Source of the DNA: Tubiluchus corallicola | Lineage: Eukaryota; Animalia; Priapulida | DNA: 64,000 nucleotides | Assembly (NCBI GenBank): GCA_030141605.1 | Contig: JAQGDQ010000186.1 | Location: 62,001 to 126,000, forward strand | Reading direction: 5' to 3' | Part shown: positions 38,851 to 52,396 of the stretch, one piece after another | How positions within the stretch are numbered: the stretch's first letter is position 1 | How the letters are laid out: the number at the start of each line of letters is the position of its first letter | Position numbers and translations under genes: made by a program | Notes under the pieces: generated by a model | What the model was told of the DNA's origin: nothing | The model's database searches: none | Seen by the model: the letters and a program-made list of their open reading frames with translations, nothing else

Positions 38851-41800
38851 CTCTCACTCTGTCATCTCTTCATTTTAAGGCTCAATTCTATAACCATTGT
38901 TGTAAAGTGTCCAGTTTCTGACCGCGTCAGAAACATTGTGAAATAGTTTTACTAATTATTGTTGAATGCTGTGCACAAAATTTCATTATTGCTCACGTAA
39001 TGTTAAAACATTTTTGTTGACATCTTACAGTTCTAGCTTCTATGGCAGTAATAGCTGGTTACTGTATAAACGCGGCAGTCTAGCAAAACTTCGCGCTTCG
39101 TACAATATTGCCCTCGTAACGGTTTTTTAATTATGAATACGGTACGCATGCGTCTGTAATTCTGCAGACAATCATATCACTTTAAGGTCTTACTGCGTAA
39201 ATGCGTTTTTAGCCTAAGAAATTACTAATTACTCATTACTAACCTCTTCATTTATTATTTAAACTAACCTGTACCCCTCTTGTACAGTTTTTTATCTTGT
39301 GTATAGGTTTTATAATCTGCATTACTTATTTCTTTTTATATAGTACTTTATTTATTGATTTATATCTAAAATAAATAAATAAATAAATAAATTATTTTAG
39401 TTGTTGTCGCGAAGTTCGTCTCATAATTACTTCGCGTTTGATTAACTTGACTTGTGAATATTACATCGTTTGCCTTCTTGCTCATCTCTCTTTCATAATT
39501 TTTTCATCTCATTTCCTCCTTTTTTAGGCTTGTTATAAGATTGAAATAGCTTAAATTTCTCTCTAATCTTACTGGACGTATTTGCTTCTGAATGACCTTT
39601 TACATTACAATGCTCTAGTTTTCTGTATTTAAGCTGTGTAAAACAAGTCTGCCTTGAACATTTAGACCTATGGGCTAGCCAGGTTAATTGTTCCGCTGTG
39701 TTTTAGTATAGTGGTATTTTAGTATTGATAATAATTATGTTATTTAATTCTGTGATTGTACCTTCTAGTATAGTTATTATAATATAATTCCTCGTGACTT
39801 GTTAATGATTGTGTTGTTTGATTCTCTAACTGTAAAAGCTAACTGGCTTAATAATTGTGGACAAGCTTTAATTCGGTGCTTGCTCCCCCCCCCCTTATTT
39901 CCTTGCCCACAGTGGTTGCCATTCGCCAGTCAGTAAGAATTAGTACAGGCTAGAATAAAATAGGAAGCATTCAAACTGCTTGTAATGGAGAATGTTTAGA
40001 AAATAATTTTTTGTCACTTTTTATATTTTTACTGTTTAATTTGTTTGCTTGCTTGTTTATTTTAATTTGCTTTTATTATTTTTTAAAACAACAGTGTTTG
40101 TGTAGTAAGGAATGAAAATTAAATTTACTTGTTGAAATAAAGAATTGTTAAAGATTTGCACATTCACTCATTCGTTCGTTCGTTCGTCCACTCGCTCATT
40201 CATTCATTTATTCACTCACTCACTCATTCGTTCATTCTTTCACTTAGCTGCTTAACTATTTACTGAATGAGATATTGACAAACGTTTTATCAATAACTGC
40301 TGTGACAAACAAATAAGTATTACCGAAAAATTAATAATAAACATAATAATGGTGCAAAAAAATTGTTAAAATTATTACTGTTGCCTAACGTTCAAGTGAC
40401 ATCTTTGCATTACTAAATTTTGCTTTACACTCGCACACATGACCACGTTTTGCTTAAACTGTTATAATTGCGTTTGTATAGAAATACATGTTAACGTGGC
40501 TCGTGTTAACATGTACAAAGTTATAATTTGTTGACCAGGTTATTTTTATCACCTTGGTAAAAAGGTTATTGCATTTGACAACAAAAATATTTTGAGAAGC
40601 AATGCATGTCGAATTTTTCTAATTTCAATTGCATAGAATAGCAATATTGTGATGAAATTTGTAACAATATCAATAATAGCAGATTAGTAAAATTTAATCA
40701 GAAATTAAACGCAAATCGAATACAAAGAAGTAAACGTTAAAAATTACCTTTGTCGTTGCCAAAACTTGAGTAATTTAAATAAGTTTATTGCTGTTGTTGC
40801 TTTGACAGTCATTGTTGTGAATGCTTCTGCGTTTGATTTACAGTTTAATATAATGATTAGATTGTTTTATAATACCAAAACGATTTATTTACACATGTTA
40901 ACAATATCTGATGTGCCATATAGAGTTTGCCATTAACAATGAAATAGCATAATTAATATTCTAACACTTTGCTCAAGATGGTCACGAAACTCACAGCGTG
41001 GATAGCACTGGGCGGGGTAGGGCATCAGTGCATTGATCTCTGACCTCTGATCAAAGGTATCTACTTTTAGGGCTTTCAATTTTTAAATTTTGGGTGTTGT
41101 GGCCTGTAGAGTAAATAGAGGGCTCTGATGTGTTAATGTGCTTGTGTGTGAGGCGACAAAATTCAGGGGATAGCTGTACAAAAAAAATCAGAAAGATTTC
41201 TTGTATTGCTGAATGGAGTTTTGACACTAAGTGCTTGACCTGACAGCTGATTTCCCTATTTTCTAGTGTTATTAATCAGAATAAAGTACTGACAGTGAGC
41301 TTAGTATTTTGCATATTGCAATGTTAGTTTATGTCATTATGGTCACCATGCAATACCCTTTTGCAGCGCTGAAGGCAAACTATGATTTAGTGTCAAAATG
41401 TAGTTTAGACATTGCTATTATTAAACTTAAAGTATTAATTATTATCAATCGTGTTTAAAAACTGACGAAAAGCTTTGTGCAAGCAAAGTTAAACTGTATT
41501 AGTTCGGCATCACTGGCTTCTCTAGCGCATTCAACAATAGATGCGCGTATGCAGTAAAACACATCTAAATGGTACTGTATCAGTGCACAAGTTACACCTG
41601 ACTGCCTATCACAGACGACAAAAGATAAACTTGGAATATATCAATTATCAGAAAATCACTTTACTCATTAAACTCTTGTTGTATGGAAATTAAGAGTTCT
41701 GCCTTGTATGGTGTTTCATTAGACTGTATGAACACAATACAAGGGTGATGAGTAGTCCCACAAATCGAATCTGGGATCTAAAAATAAATATTATTATTAT

Positions 41801-42496
41801 GATAGCTTAATTATCAGTTAACCATAATTTTCTTGGTTAATACATGTACAGTAATAAAGGTAATATTAGCCGTTCTGGATAAATTTCATTAGAAATTGCT
41901 GAATTACTATTTTTGAACATTTTTTGCATGTTTTTGCATGGATAATAATTGTTTTATTATTTCTGTAGTAACTCAAAGACATTTCAAATAAAGCCATACT
42001 ATACTTATTTTAGCCTACAATATCTCAGGCATGCTTTGGTTAGGATGGCTTAGGTTTTCATACAATTGCAGTGATTTTATATCTTGTGATTCTCCAAGTA
42101 CACTATTCAGTGCCAGTGGAACCTGACAACAGTGGCAGTGCTACATATGTAGAGGGGTGCTATAGAACAGGGTGTTAAACATGCAGATTAAAATGCAAAA
42201 AATACAGAAATTAATTATTCTTACCTATCTCATGCTATAGTTGCAAATAATTATTATAATTTATTAGTGACAGGTGCATTTTTTCTGTTAAATTGTAGTG
42301 TTTGTCTGAAACTTCACTTAGTTATGTACTATATTGCTAGTTAGAAATGAAAACTGTAAAAACTGTGCAAACCTACTTCCTGTACACTACTATCAAGCTA
42401 TAAATTAGCAATATTGAACAACAAAATTCTTAACTAAACATAATTATGATTATATATATATATATATAGTACACTAAGAAATGACAAATAATCATA

Positions 42497-42535
<39 letters not shown>

Positions 42536-44806
42536 TTATATCGTAATTGTTATAGCTAAATCGAGAGCATATGAAAAGTCATTAAATAGTTATGATAATG
42601 GGCAAGGTCGAAAGACAACATTTATTTTTTGCCGCTCATTTAACATTAAAACCATTAATGGCCAAAGCCAGTAAACTCCAATCATTCTGCCCCAGAACAG
42701 TTCTTTCTTTATCATTTGAACCTGTGAATCAACTGTTCTCTTAGAATTTTATCCTCTGGAAAATGTAAACATGATCATCACTCTTTTGAGCAGAACAAGG
42801 CAGTCCTGGCAATGAGACATTTAAAAAGCAGAAATGATCAGAAATCTGCAAATTTAACCTTGCTGAAATAATAAACTAGGGACGTCAGAGATACCACTGA
42901 CGTCATGCTAAGAGTTTCGCATGCTGTAGCTCGTTATTAAATTTTTTTTCGTCAATTGCATATAGTGGAATGAAGTATCTTAGAACAAAAATGTGATTTG
43001 AGCTTTGCATTAAAAATGCCTTCAGTACTACTTTGAATACTGCTTTTGAAAACAAAGAAGTCATTGTCATTTGTGACGATCGCTTCCTGAATTTTCCTGT
43101 TTTGTACCATAGTTGTTTTCGTTTATTTTTATCTTTAGGTTATGATTTTTTTGTTATTCAGCAGTTTGCAACTTTTTTGCCATGCATGTGTAAATGCCTA
43201 TGGCTTCTAATCAAATCAAGCTTTCTTGTCAAATCAAATCAATGTTCATTTGGTTCTTGAAATATTGTATGTTGCAGTATTATACACTCAAACAAAATAA
43301 CGTGAACAAATATAGTGAAGCCTGTGACAGAAGACCACCTAACGGTAATTGGGTTATTATGTCACTAACCGCTATCTAATTAAATGAAATAAATTTCGAA
43401 CACTTTAGTTATTAGGACGTAAAAATGCCGAGTTTGCCCCTCTAGATACGTTGTATTTTTATGACTATGAATTGGTGGATACTAGTCGATACTAGTACGT
43501 CACTGTTGTCATATTAGGATACCAATACTAAATTTGGCACTTTAGTAGCAAGATATCAGTATTTAATTATCCACCAAAACATTCACGCAAAAGCAAGATA
43601 ATAAACAACAACTATTGGGAATCAGGGTAGGTAGGAATAATCACTAGGTGGATGAATAATTTGCTGGTTTACCTAACACACGACCTGTGGCTGTAAACTT
43701 GATTATAAGCCACTTACGACTAGCAGTATGCATTTTGTGATTCAACGTTACTTCTAATTACATCAATATTGATACCTTTTTCTTGCATTGAAATGTTTAG
43801 ATAACCCCAGTGTTTAAAATATTGGTGAGTTACACTAATGTTTTAGCAGTTTGTTATTACCTTTCAGCCATTACTAATTTCTGAAGACTTAAGAGATTCT
43901 GATGTGTCTACCATGAGCAGAAAAAGAAAAGTACCAGATTTGTACAACAAAAATTGTAAAAAGGTCTGTGGCTCTCCCAGAAACTGTCATTCTGTTCCAG
44001 GAAAAGATGACGAAACTGGTAAAGTGTCATTATCATTTAATTCAGCTGCAAGTGTGCCATTATAGGCAAAAATTTTAAATACACTACTTCAGCAAGACAT
44101 GTGATTTTAAACTATGTTTGTATAGTTACTTTACTTTGTATAAATTAATCCAGTAATAGGTCTATATCTATATTTATACATGCACACACAGTTTGTCAGT
44201 AGTGGACTCCATACCGGCCCCTTTGAAACATCAAGCGTCATGCTAATATTAAGCTATAATCAAATCTGGGACATGGTATGTAATGTCTAATGTGGTATGT
44301 CGTACTATTAATACAGAGCTTACTTGTGGTAATCTTGAATGGGTCTCACCCAGTGGTGTAGCTACCGGAGTGGCAGTCCACTCTCGATAGCACTTTGATC
44401 AAGTGCACTGAAAAAGGTGGTTCTTTCAGAACAGTAGAAATTTGTTAAACTTACGTAATGTGTGTACAGAAGGCAAATATTATTGTGTAACGTATGCGTT
44501 GACAATTCTTATAAGCGTAATGATGTATAAGTGTCACAATTTGCTCGACTGCCGTAGTAGGCATAACGTTTACATTTTCATTGTTTTAGAAATTGTTCAA
44601 GTTTGCGAATGAACTGTTCCATACCAGTGTGTGATTTACCTAACATTACATTAATTTATCAAACATAAAACATTCTTTGGCTTGTTTGTGTGGTTTTCCT
44701 AACAAAAGTCAAAATGCTTGATATAATTTACTTTCCACGAAAACACTACTTATAGCGCTTACTGTTGAAAACTTGTTATAAAAAAACGTTATAACTAATG
44801 ATTTAA

Positions 44807-46784
44807 GAGTCATTCCGTGAGAAAATCAGCAAAATAGTGGAAGGTGACAAATCACCGATTTTGTTCATATTCACAGGGTTTGATGGCCCCCTCAGATGTA
44901 CCCCACAGCCAAAATATTAGATATCAAAAATGAGCCGTTTCGGAGATAGGCTGCCATTTCGATTTTTTTCGGATTTTGGCGTAAAAAATTGCCCATTATT
45001 TCTCACGTTATTACAGACAGTAAATGAGCGATCCAGCACTAGTTAATTGGTGATATATATAGTAGGGGTCTTACCCTACCGTACCATTATCGTTGCCAAA
45101 TTGAACCTCCTTTTTAGTTGGTGTCATCAGCTTGCAAAAGATACGTGTCTGCTGCTGCTGAATTTAGACGCCATTTAGAAATCCCCGTAACTCCACTGGG
45201 GCGGGTATTGGGGGACTAATCAATATATTTTTATTTGCAGCTTGACTGGTCCTACAAATGCATGAAATAAAATTTTGGCCAGCGATCTCCCAAGTGTCCA
45301 GAATTTTTAGCCAAAGTTGCTCTTTTTTGCGATTTTCACAACCTTGACCTATATTTAGCTATTCGCTTTTGGATGACGGTGTTGCCATTAGAATCGATAC
45401 AAAGTGCAGCAACGTCAATGTTTATAGTAGTAATGGACTGGCTTTAGATGTCTGGGCACTCCTAGCAACCAGGCCCCTCATCAGGGGGGCACATTCCCTT
45501 CGAAGGGCCCCTGTGACGATTATAACATAGTGATTTTTATAATCTGTATAAAACACGGAATAGTTTCATGTACATAATAACAGTTTCGTGTACAAGTGCT
45601 CGGGCTATATACCTATGGCCCGTGGATCAATACGGGGGCCTCGGGAGGGCCCCACTGTCTTGACTGAAAAATAGACTTCAGTCAAATATGTTTAGTGTCG
45701 CTTTGCTAAACAAGATTCTAAAGTAAGGCGGACAAGGCGAGGCAAGGCACTATTTGTGAAATTGTGTTGAAACCGCCGCGAGCATCGAATATAACATGTT
45801 GCGAGTCAATTTTTAAAACGCGCACAGCTTTGTGTGGTCTTGTATTCAACAGGCGAATAGCTGTCAGTCCCTGATATTTTTCCTCAAATCAATTCGAGTT
45901 AATAGTTAGTTAGTTACTAATACCTTGGTGTGGCAACTTTGGCAGCTTCGACAACCAGACTTCTGCTTACTAACAACGGGCATTAACAAAAAAAACTGGT
46001 TAAGAAACGCAGCAAAGGCCAGTACGACCCTGCCTCGGCCGTTACATACTAATTCCGACTGTGCAACGTATGTTTCAAGCCATTCGCTCATATTGTATTT
46101 AACCACCAGGTTTCCACCGTCTCGTAAAGATATACGCATATACACCGACTACCATATTCAACTAAACTCTAACGAGAATCAGGGCGCTGACGCTTATAAT
46201 CGCAAATTTTCAAAATAACAAAAAGACAACAATAAATTCTTTACGTCCACGACTATTTTTTATTCGCCAATATTCAATGAAAAGTCGCTCTATAGTAAAT
46301 AATAATAAGCTAATAATTGATAATACATACAGTAAGCTGCTACTATGTGTTGCTATGGTAACCTCCTTATCAAAAGAGACACAGAGAGACAGAGAGAAAC
46401 ACAGAGAGACAGAGAGAGAGACACAGAGAGGCAGAGAGAGAGAGAGTTACAGAGAGACAGAGAGAGACACAGAGAGACAGAGAGAGAGAGAGACAGAGAG
46501 AGAGAGACAGAGAGAGACACAGAGAGACAGAGACAGAGAGAGTTACAGAGAGACACAGAGAGCCACATAGAGACAGAGAGAGACGGAAAGAGACAGAGAG
46601 AGACACAGATAGAGACAGAGAGAGACACAGAGAGACAGAGACAGAGAGAGTTACAGAGAGACAGAGAGAGACAGAGACAGAGAGAGACGGAAAGAGACAG
46701 AGAGATACACAGAGAGACGGAAAGAGACAGAGAGAGACACAGAGAGACAGAGAGAGAGAGACACAGATAGAGAGACAGAGAGAG

Positions 46785-46845
<61 letters not shown>

Positions 46846-47970
46846 GACACAGAGAGACAGAGACAGAGAGGCAGAAAGAGAGACAGTGAGAGACACGGAG
46901 AGACACAGAGAGACAGAGAGAGACACAGAGAGACACAGAGAGAGACAGAGAGAGACAGAAAGAGAGAGAGAGACACAGAGAGAGAGAGAGAGAGACAGAG
47001 AGAGAGACAGAGACAAGAGGCACAGAGAGACAGAGAGAGAGACACAGAGAGACACAGAGAGACAGAGAGAGACACAGAGAGAGAGAGAGAGACAGAGAGA
47101 GAGAGGCACAGAGAGACAGAGAGAGACACAGAGAGACAGAGAGAGAGAGAGAGAGACACAGAGACAGAGAGAGACACAGAGAGAGACAGAGAGAGAGAGA
47201 CAGAGTGAAACACAGAGAGACAAAGAGACAGGGAGAGACAGAGAGAGAGAGAGACATGGAGAGACAGAGAGAGACACAGAGAGCAGGCGAGAGACACAGA
47301 GAGACAGAGACAGGGAGAGACAAAGAGAGAGACAGAGACACAGAGAGACAGAAACGGTAATTTATCGTTTCTTTTTGAAATTTTCATTTTTTTATTCAGA
47401 ATTATGAATAATTCGTACTAATTTTTTCCGATTTAGGTCACATTCAAGATTGAATCTCGTCAATTTATGGACGAGCTGGCCAAAATTTTATTAATGATCT
47501 AAGTATGCCTGGTCAAGCTGTAAATAAACATATATTAATTATACTTCAAATACCCGCCCCAGTGGAGTTATGAGAATTTTAAAACAGGGTGTCATTCAGA
47601 CTGTAGCAGACACGCATCTTTCATGAGCTCATGATACCTACTGAAAGAGAATCTCAATTCATCAAACTCAATGTGGCAATAGGGCAAGACCCCTACTATA
47701 TATACCACCCAGCAACTAGTCCTGGATCATTCATTTACTGCCTGTAATGATGTGACAAATATAGGTCATTTTTTTACGTCAAAATGGCCAAAATTCGAAA
47801 AAAATCAAAATGGCGGCCTATCTCCGAAACGGCTCATTTTTGATGTCTAATATTTTGGCTGTGGGGTACATCTGAGGGGATCATCCAACCCTGTGAATAT
47901 GAACAAAATCGGTGATTTGTCACCTTCCACTATTTTTTGACTTTTGCATGGTTTTCTCGCGGAATGACTC
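44807..47970. mobile_element. Non-autonomous Sola3-like DNA transposon with long TIRs
   Basis: ttaa|GAGTCATTCCG ... CGGAATGACTC|ttaa. TIR similarity extends ~480-500 bp (to ~45290 and ~47470). GAG/CTC termini with TTAA TSD and long TIRs are characteristic of Sola3. No transposase ORF. Confidence 0.85.
46375..47352. repeat. Compound (AG)n/(AGAC)n microsatellite, ~1 kb
   Basis: agagagacac/agagagacag units with higher-order duplications (gttacagagagac x3, acggaaagagac x3). Confidence 0.97.
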
Positions 47971-49524
47971 TTAATATCTTCGTAATATTTACATACTACT
48001 AAGTCTTTCTTTTCTTTGTTTTCACAATTTTTACTCAAGACATGTTTAGTTTACTGTGAAGTATATTTATAAACTCATTGTTTCTTGTGTTAGTATTTGA
48101 AGAAGTTTCTGAGTAGGCATATTTATTTCTTCACAAACAAATTTTGTAGTGCTCTACAATAGGCTTATGACAAGTGCAACGTAACATCTAAAATCACAAG
48201 GGTGTTATTTTCTTTGGAAAGGGGAAGAACTCAAGTGTGCAGAAAAATTGAGAAAAATATTTGGCCAAGCAGCAGAGCTGCTTTATTGATGATACTGAAA
48301 TAAATGAATGTGTTTCTAAAAAAACCTCATGTGCCGGCCCGGTCGCCACTAATTCTAGCAATGTCACTGGTCTCACTTCAAATAGAATACCCCAAAATGA
48401 ACACAGAAACAAAAAATTACAATTTTGGAGTACCTGTTTGTATTTCCATGTGTATTTTAGGTTGGTGTACGAGTAGCACCAGTACTGCTTTGGAGTACCT
48501 GCATGGATTGTTTCCAGTAGAGAAATTTGATAATAGGTTGCCACCTATTATTTTGAAACATCAACTTTATAGTCTTTCAACTAATAGAACAAAGGTGGAT
48601 CAGTACTTGGTATGTACATTAGAGAATGTATGTCATTAACATATAGCGGCTTGAATGTAATTGAGTTGTTGTCATGGTGCCACAATAGTTTTTTTCTCTT
48701 GTGTATCACTGGTGTCTTGGCTGACAGCACACCACAAATAGTACTTATCGGCTAATCCCCTATCGGCAAGCATTATACTTTCGGAATCGCATAATTTTGT
48801 TCATTAAGAACTTTTGTTTATGCTCTATGTTGTTGTAATGTAACATTCATTAATTTTTTGTACTTCAGCAGTCTTCGTATGTTGACAAAACTAGCTGTAA
48901 AATGCAAAGATGTCTTTGTAGGAGTTTTCCCAATTTGCACAATAATTGTTCAAAATTTTAGGTAGTACACGTTCTTAGTTAATTTGTGTTTATTGTAAAA
49001 TGTTTGCTCTAACCTTGCTTGCTGCTAATATCTGCTAAAAATTCGACTAATTTTTAGAATGTGATATTAAAAAAGAATGAAGTGCGTCTGTTCAAGGTTG
49101 GGTCCATTCCAGATGAGTTTTGTTTAGTGTATTCTCAGGAATATAAAGAGCACGTGGAGACGTTTACATCGAATCTCTGTGATATCCCAAAAGGAACTAT
49201 TGGTAATTACTTAGATACGCAAGCATTCAGTAGTGTAGTATTGTAACTTTTAGAATTTCTTACAATAAGGATTTAGTCTTATTTCAAATTCACCGCTTTC
49301 AGGACAAGACCAGGACTTCCTGATTAATGTGTGCATAATTTCTGTTTCCGTTTGTCAGTGAACACTGCGCATGTTAACAAAACTCACGGTGCTCCTTCCT
49401 CTATTTTTAGTTGCTGTTTGTGAACAATGGAAGTAGTAATCTTTAGAAGCCATATCTCTGTCGAAATTTCAACACGACTGTGATCGAAAAATAATAACAG
49501 TGGTGGTATTAGCTTGGAATAATA

Positions 49525-50050
49525 CAGTAGAATCTGCTTAATAAATCCACATATAATAAATCCAGCCACTTATTGTGGCCTTTATTGCTGGAACAGAACT
49601 GTACAATATACTAGCTTGGTAAAATCTGCCATTTACTAAATCCAAACTTCACTTTATACATCCACCTTGCACACTGTGAAGACAACAAAATTGTGACGTG
49701 AGACTACACGATTGCCCCACATTTTCACTTGAGCTAGATCAGTCTCTTTGTTCTAAGAATGTTTTACACCTTTGCATTTTTTTCACTTAATGACCCTCAA
49801 CAACAAGACAGCGGTGACGATGATGACGAACCAGAAATTACTATATCAGCTGTTGAAATGGCATTTGAGCACACACATTGAAAACATTGCACCATGGACT
49901 GAAGAACAGTGACTGTTCAAACATGTGACACTTCACAGAACTGAAGCAAGGCATTCAATGCATCTTCGAAAAAATCTGCTAAAAAAATCAAGTAAAACAC
50001 ACTAGTTCTTGCTGATAGACATTTGTGTGCAAGAATGTTAATAACTCAAA
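49525..50050 (+). mobile_element. pogo/Tigger-like relic
   Basis: ta|CAGTAGAATCTGCTTAATAAATCC terminus, also seen at ~63610. Internal DPQQQDSGDDDDEPEITISAVEMAFEH resembles acidic C-termini of Tigger transposases. Confidence 0.4.
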
Positions 50051-52064
50051 TAAATGAATGCTGAATCATCGTTGATATTAAAGTAATATGTATTGCACCT
50101 TTTCACTTGCCAAACAGTTTATCAAGGGTAATAGCATCACAGATAAACAATACATACTTTATGCCAGTTGCTTAATCATACGAGCACTAATAAATTATTG
50201 CACTTTACTTAAAAACTTTTTGCAAGCCATTGGGTGAACGTTAAGAGAATTGGCTTTATAAATAAACAATACGTGCTGTGTAAACATAGAAAACGTTACT
50301 TAACAGATCTCTTTGTTTTATAGATTCCATTTAATATATCCATTTAGCCACCAAAGTGGATTTATTAAGTGGTGTACACTGTATTATGAGAAAAAGTTCA
50401 ATAGAAAGCACAGGCTTTGATTCTTTTGGGTGTGTCACATTTTGTGGGGGGCGAAAACAATACGGCGTGTATCACAATTTAGTGAAAGAACAGCGACTAA
50501 ATGCAGAAAATCAAACTATCAAAAAATTAAATGAAAGAAATATTTGTGTATTTGTCCTGATCAGCTGAAAACCTCACCTGATCAGGAAGCTATACAGCAA
50601 AAATGGGTCACCAGAAGCTTGAAAATTCACTACACCCCCTAGGCAACAGCAGTTTTCCACTTGTATATTGCAATGTGATGCATATTCGGATGATAGCAAT
50701 CTTGTTCGAGTGAATATGGATCTCCCACAATGTATTACGGATTGTACATTGTGCATTGTGTATAAATACAAACTGTTGTATAGGTATTATATTTTTTCCG
50801 CATCACTGTATTACATGCACATAGAGTCGTATTTTAAAGGAAAAACCAATGTTTAACAATGTTCATTGTATTTTAATGCACTTAAAAATATTGAAATTAC
50901 CATAATAATATGCTCACACGTGCACAAAAGGCCTTGCTTAAAAATGCAAAAGAAATTTAAATCATTCTTGTCTCCATTCAAACAAATATTGTTACTGGCA
51001 TATTTGAAAAAAATTACATGAGCTGGTGGGACAGCACAAAGGTATGCTTAACATATGCGTAATCTTCTGCAATTCACTCAGAAACTCTGCTATTCTAGCT
51101 GACTAAATTATTGCAACTGTTTTTATTATATAGTGGGTAACAGGATTCATCAAAAATAAAAAAATAGTATAATAATCTCTCATGTAATGTTTTGAATGCT
51201 TGTAGTTGATAACAGCAAGTGTAGCTACAAAAGAAGTTCGTCAAGCCCCTGGCTTGATAAGTGTTTAATTGCGTGGTAACCAGTTGAGTTCATTTTTTGT
51301 TAAAAGTTAGCTTGCCAAGCTTGAAGTGATAGCAATTTTAAATTGATTTTACTAATTACGTATCACAGTTTTGTTGCTGAAATTGTCTAACATTTTCCTC
51401 AAGCTCATCTTCCCGAGAGGCTTGGCTTTTGCTCTATGAATTAATTTTTTTATTATAGATATATAGTAATATAATAATAGTGCCTAATGTATAATGCAAT
51501 AATACTTATATATTATAATGAAATGTTATAATCCAAAAATACATGCAAGCATACCTAAATTGTTAAAATGCAAACTTTCACCTTTTAAAAATACAACAGT
51601 GATATTATGTGAGTAATGTTTTGAGCTAGTTACGAAACATGAAAACGATGTGAAATATATAGATTCAGGAAAAGTCGTACTATTCTGCGATGCAGTAATG
51701 GAAAGTGCTTGCAAGTTTTATGTTTTATTAATACACCTGGCTTTTGAGATCTCACTGAAAACTGTTAGAAATTTAGCACACAAAAAGTAAAAGGTGTGAT
51801 TATTAATAATAAAATGAAGTATTCATAGTATTAATACTTTATGTACTAATATTAGTATTATGAATTTTGCATTTCAGATAAGTTCTTAGAAAATGTGATA
51901 GCTGTATGTGATGGCATTAGTCTGACAAAGAGTGAAATGACAACTGACTTTAAATTCACTGAAAATGAAATAAAGTAGGTTAAATGGAATTGCTGCATTT
52001 TTGACTTTTGTTTCAAGTGCGGCACTTGGTCCAAAGTACCTGACTAATGAATTTTTAGAACGTA

Positions 52065-52396
52065 GATAAAAATGGCACAAATGGAAAAGTGGGTAAAATG
52101 GCACATATGTTATTTTCATGCAATTGATTTCTATTGAAAAAAACTAGAATGTGTTCAGTAGGAAGCAGATCTCTACCAAAGCTGAACAGTCCCAAACTTA
52201 TTCGTCAGACTCTTTTGATTAAAAAAATTAACACGAAGACAAACAAGCAAACGTACAAAAATGTACCTGTACTGGTATTATATAGACTGTAAAAGATTCT
52301 CAAATTATTTGCTAAATGTGTCATTTTTCCTGTGTCATTTTTTAGCTACTTTTCCGTTTGTGCCATTTTTTCTTGTGCCGTTTTTACTGTGTACCA
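52065..52396. mobile_element. MITE-like fragment with aaaatggcaca/tgtgccatttt subterminal repeats
   Basis: Motif repeated in opposite orientations at ~52070-52108 and ~52316-52396. Confidence 0.5.

Larger units (their letters stand above)
43868..50860 (+). pseudogene. Possible decayed spliced gene on the plus strand (exon-like pieces)
   Basis: Open exon-like blocks with splice signals at 43868-44018 (..MSRKRKVPDLYNKNCKK..) and 49059-49202 (NVILKKNEVRLFKVG..). Protein-like but stop- or frameshift-interrupted blocks at ~48150-48610 and ~50324-50860. Phases do not join cleanly. Confidence 0.25.

Noticed and set aside
46277-47407. Long ORFs of 141-344 aa (RETER/SLSLC)
   Set aside because: Translations of the AG/AC microsatellite, open in many frames on both strands.
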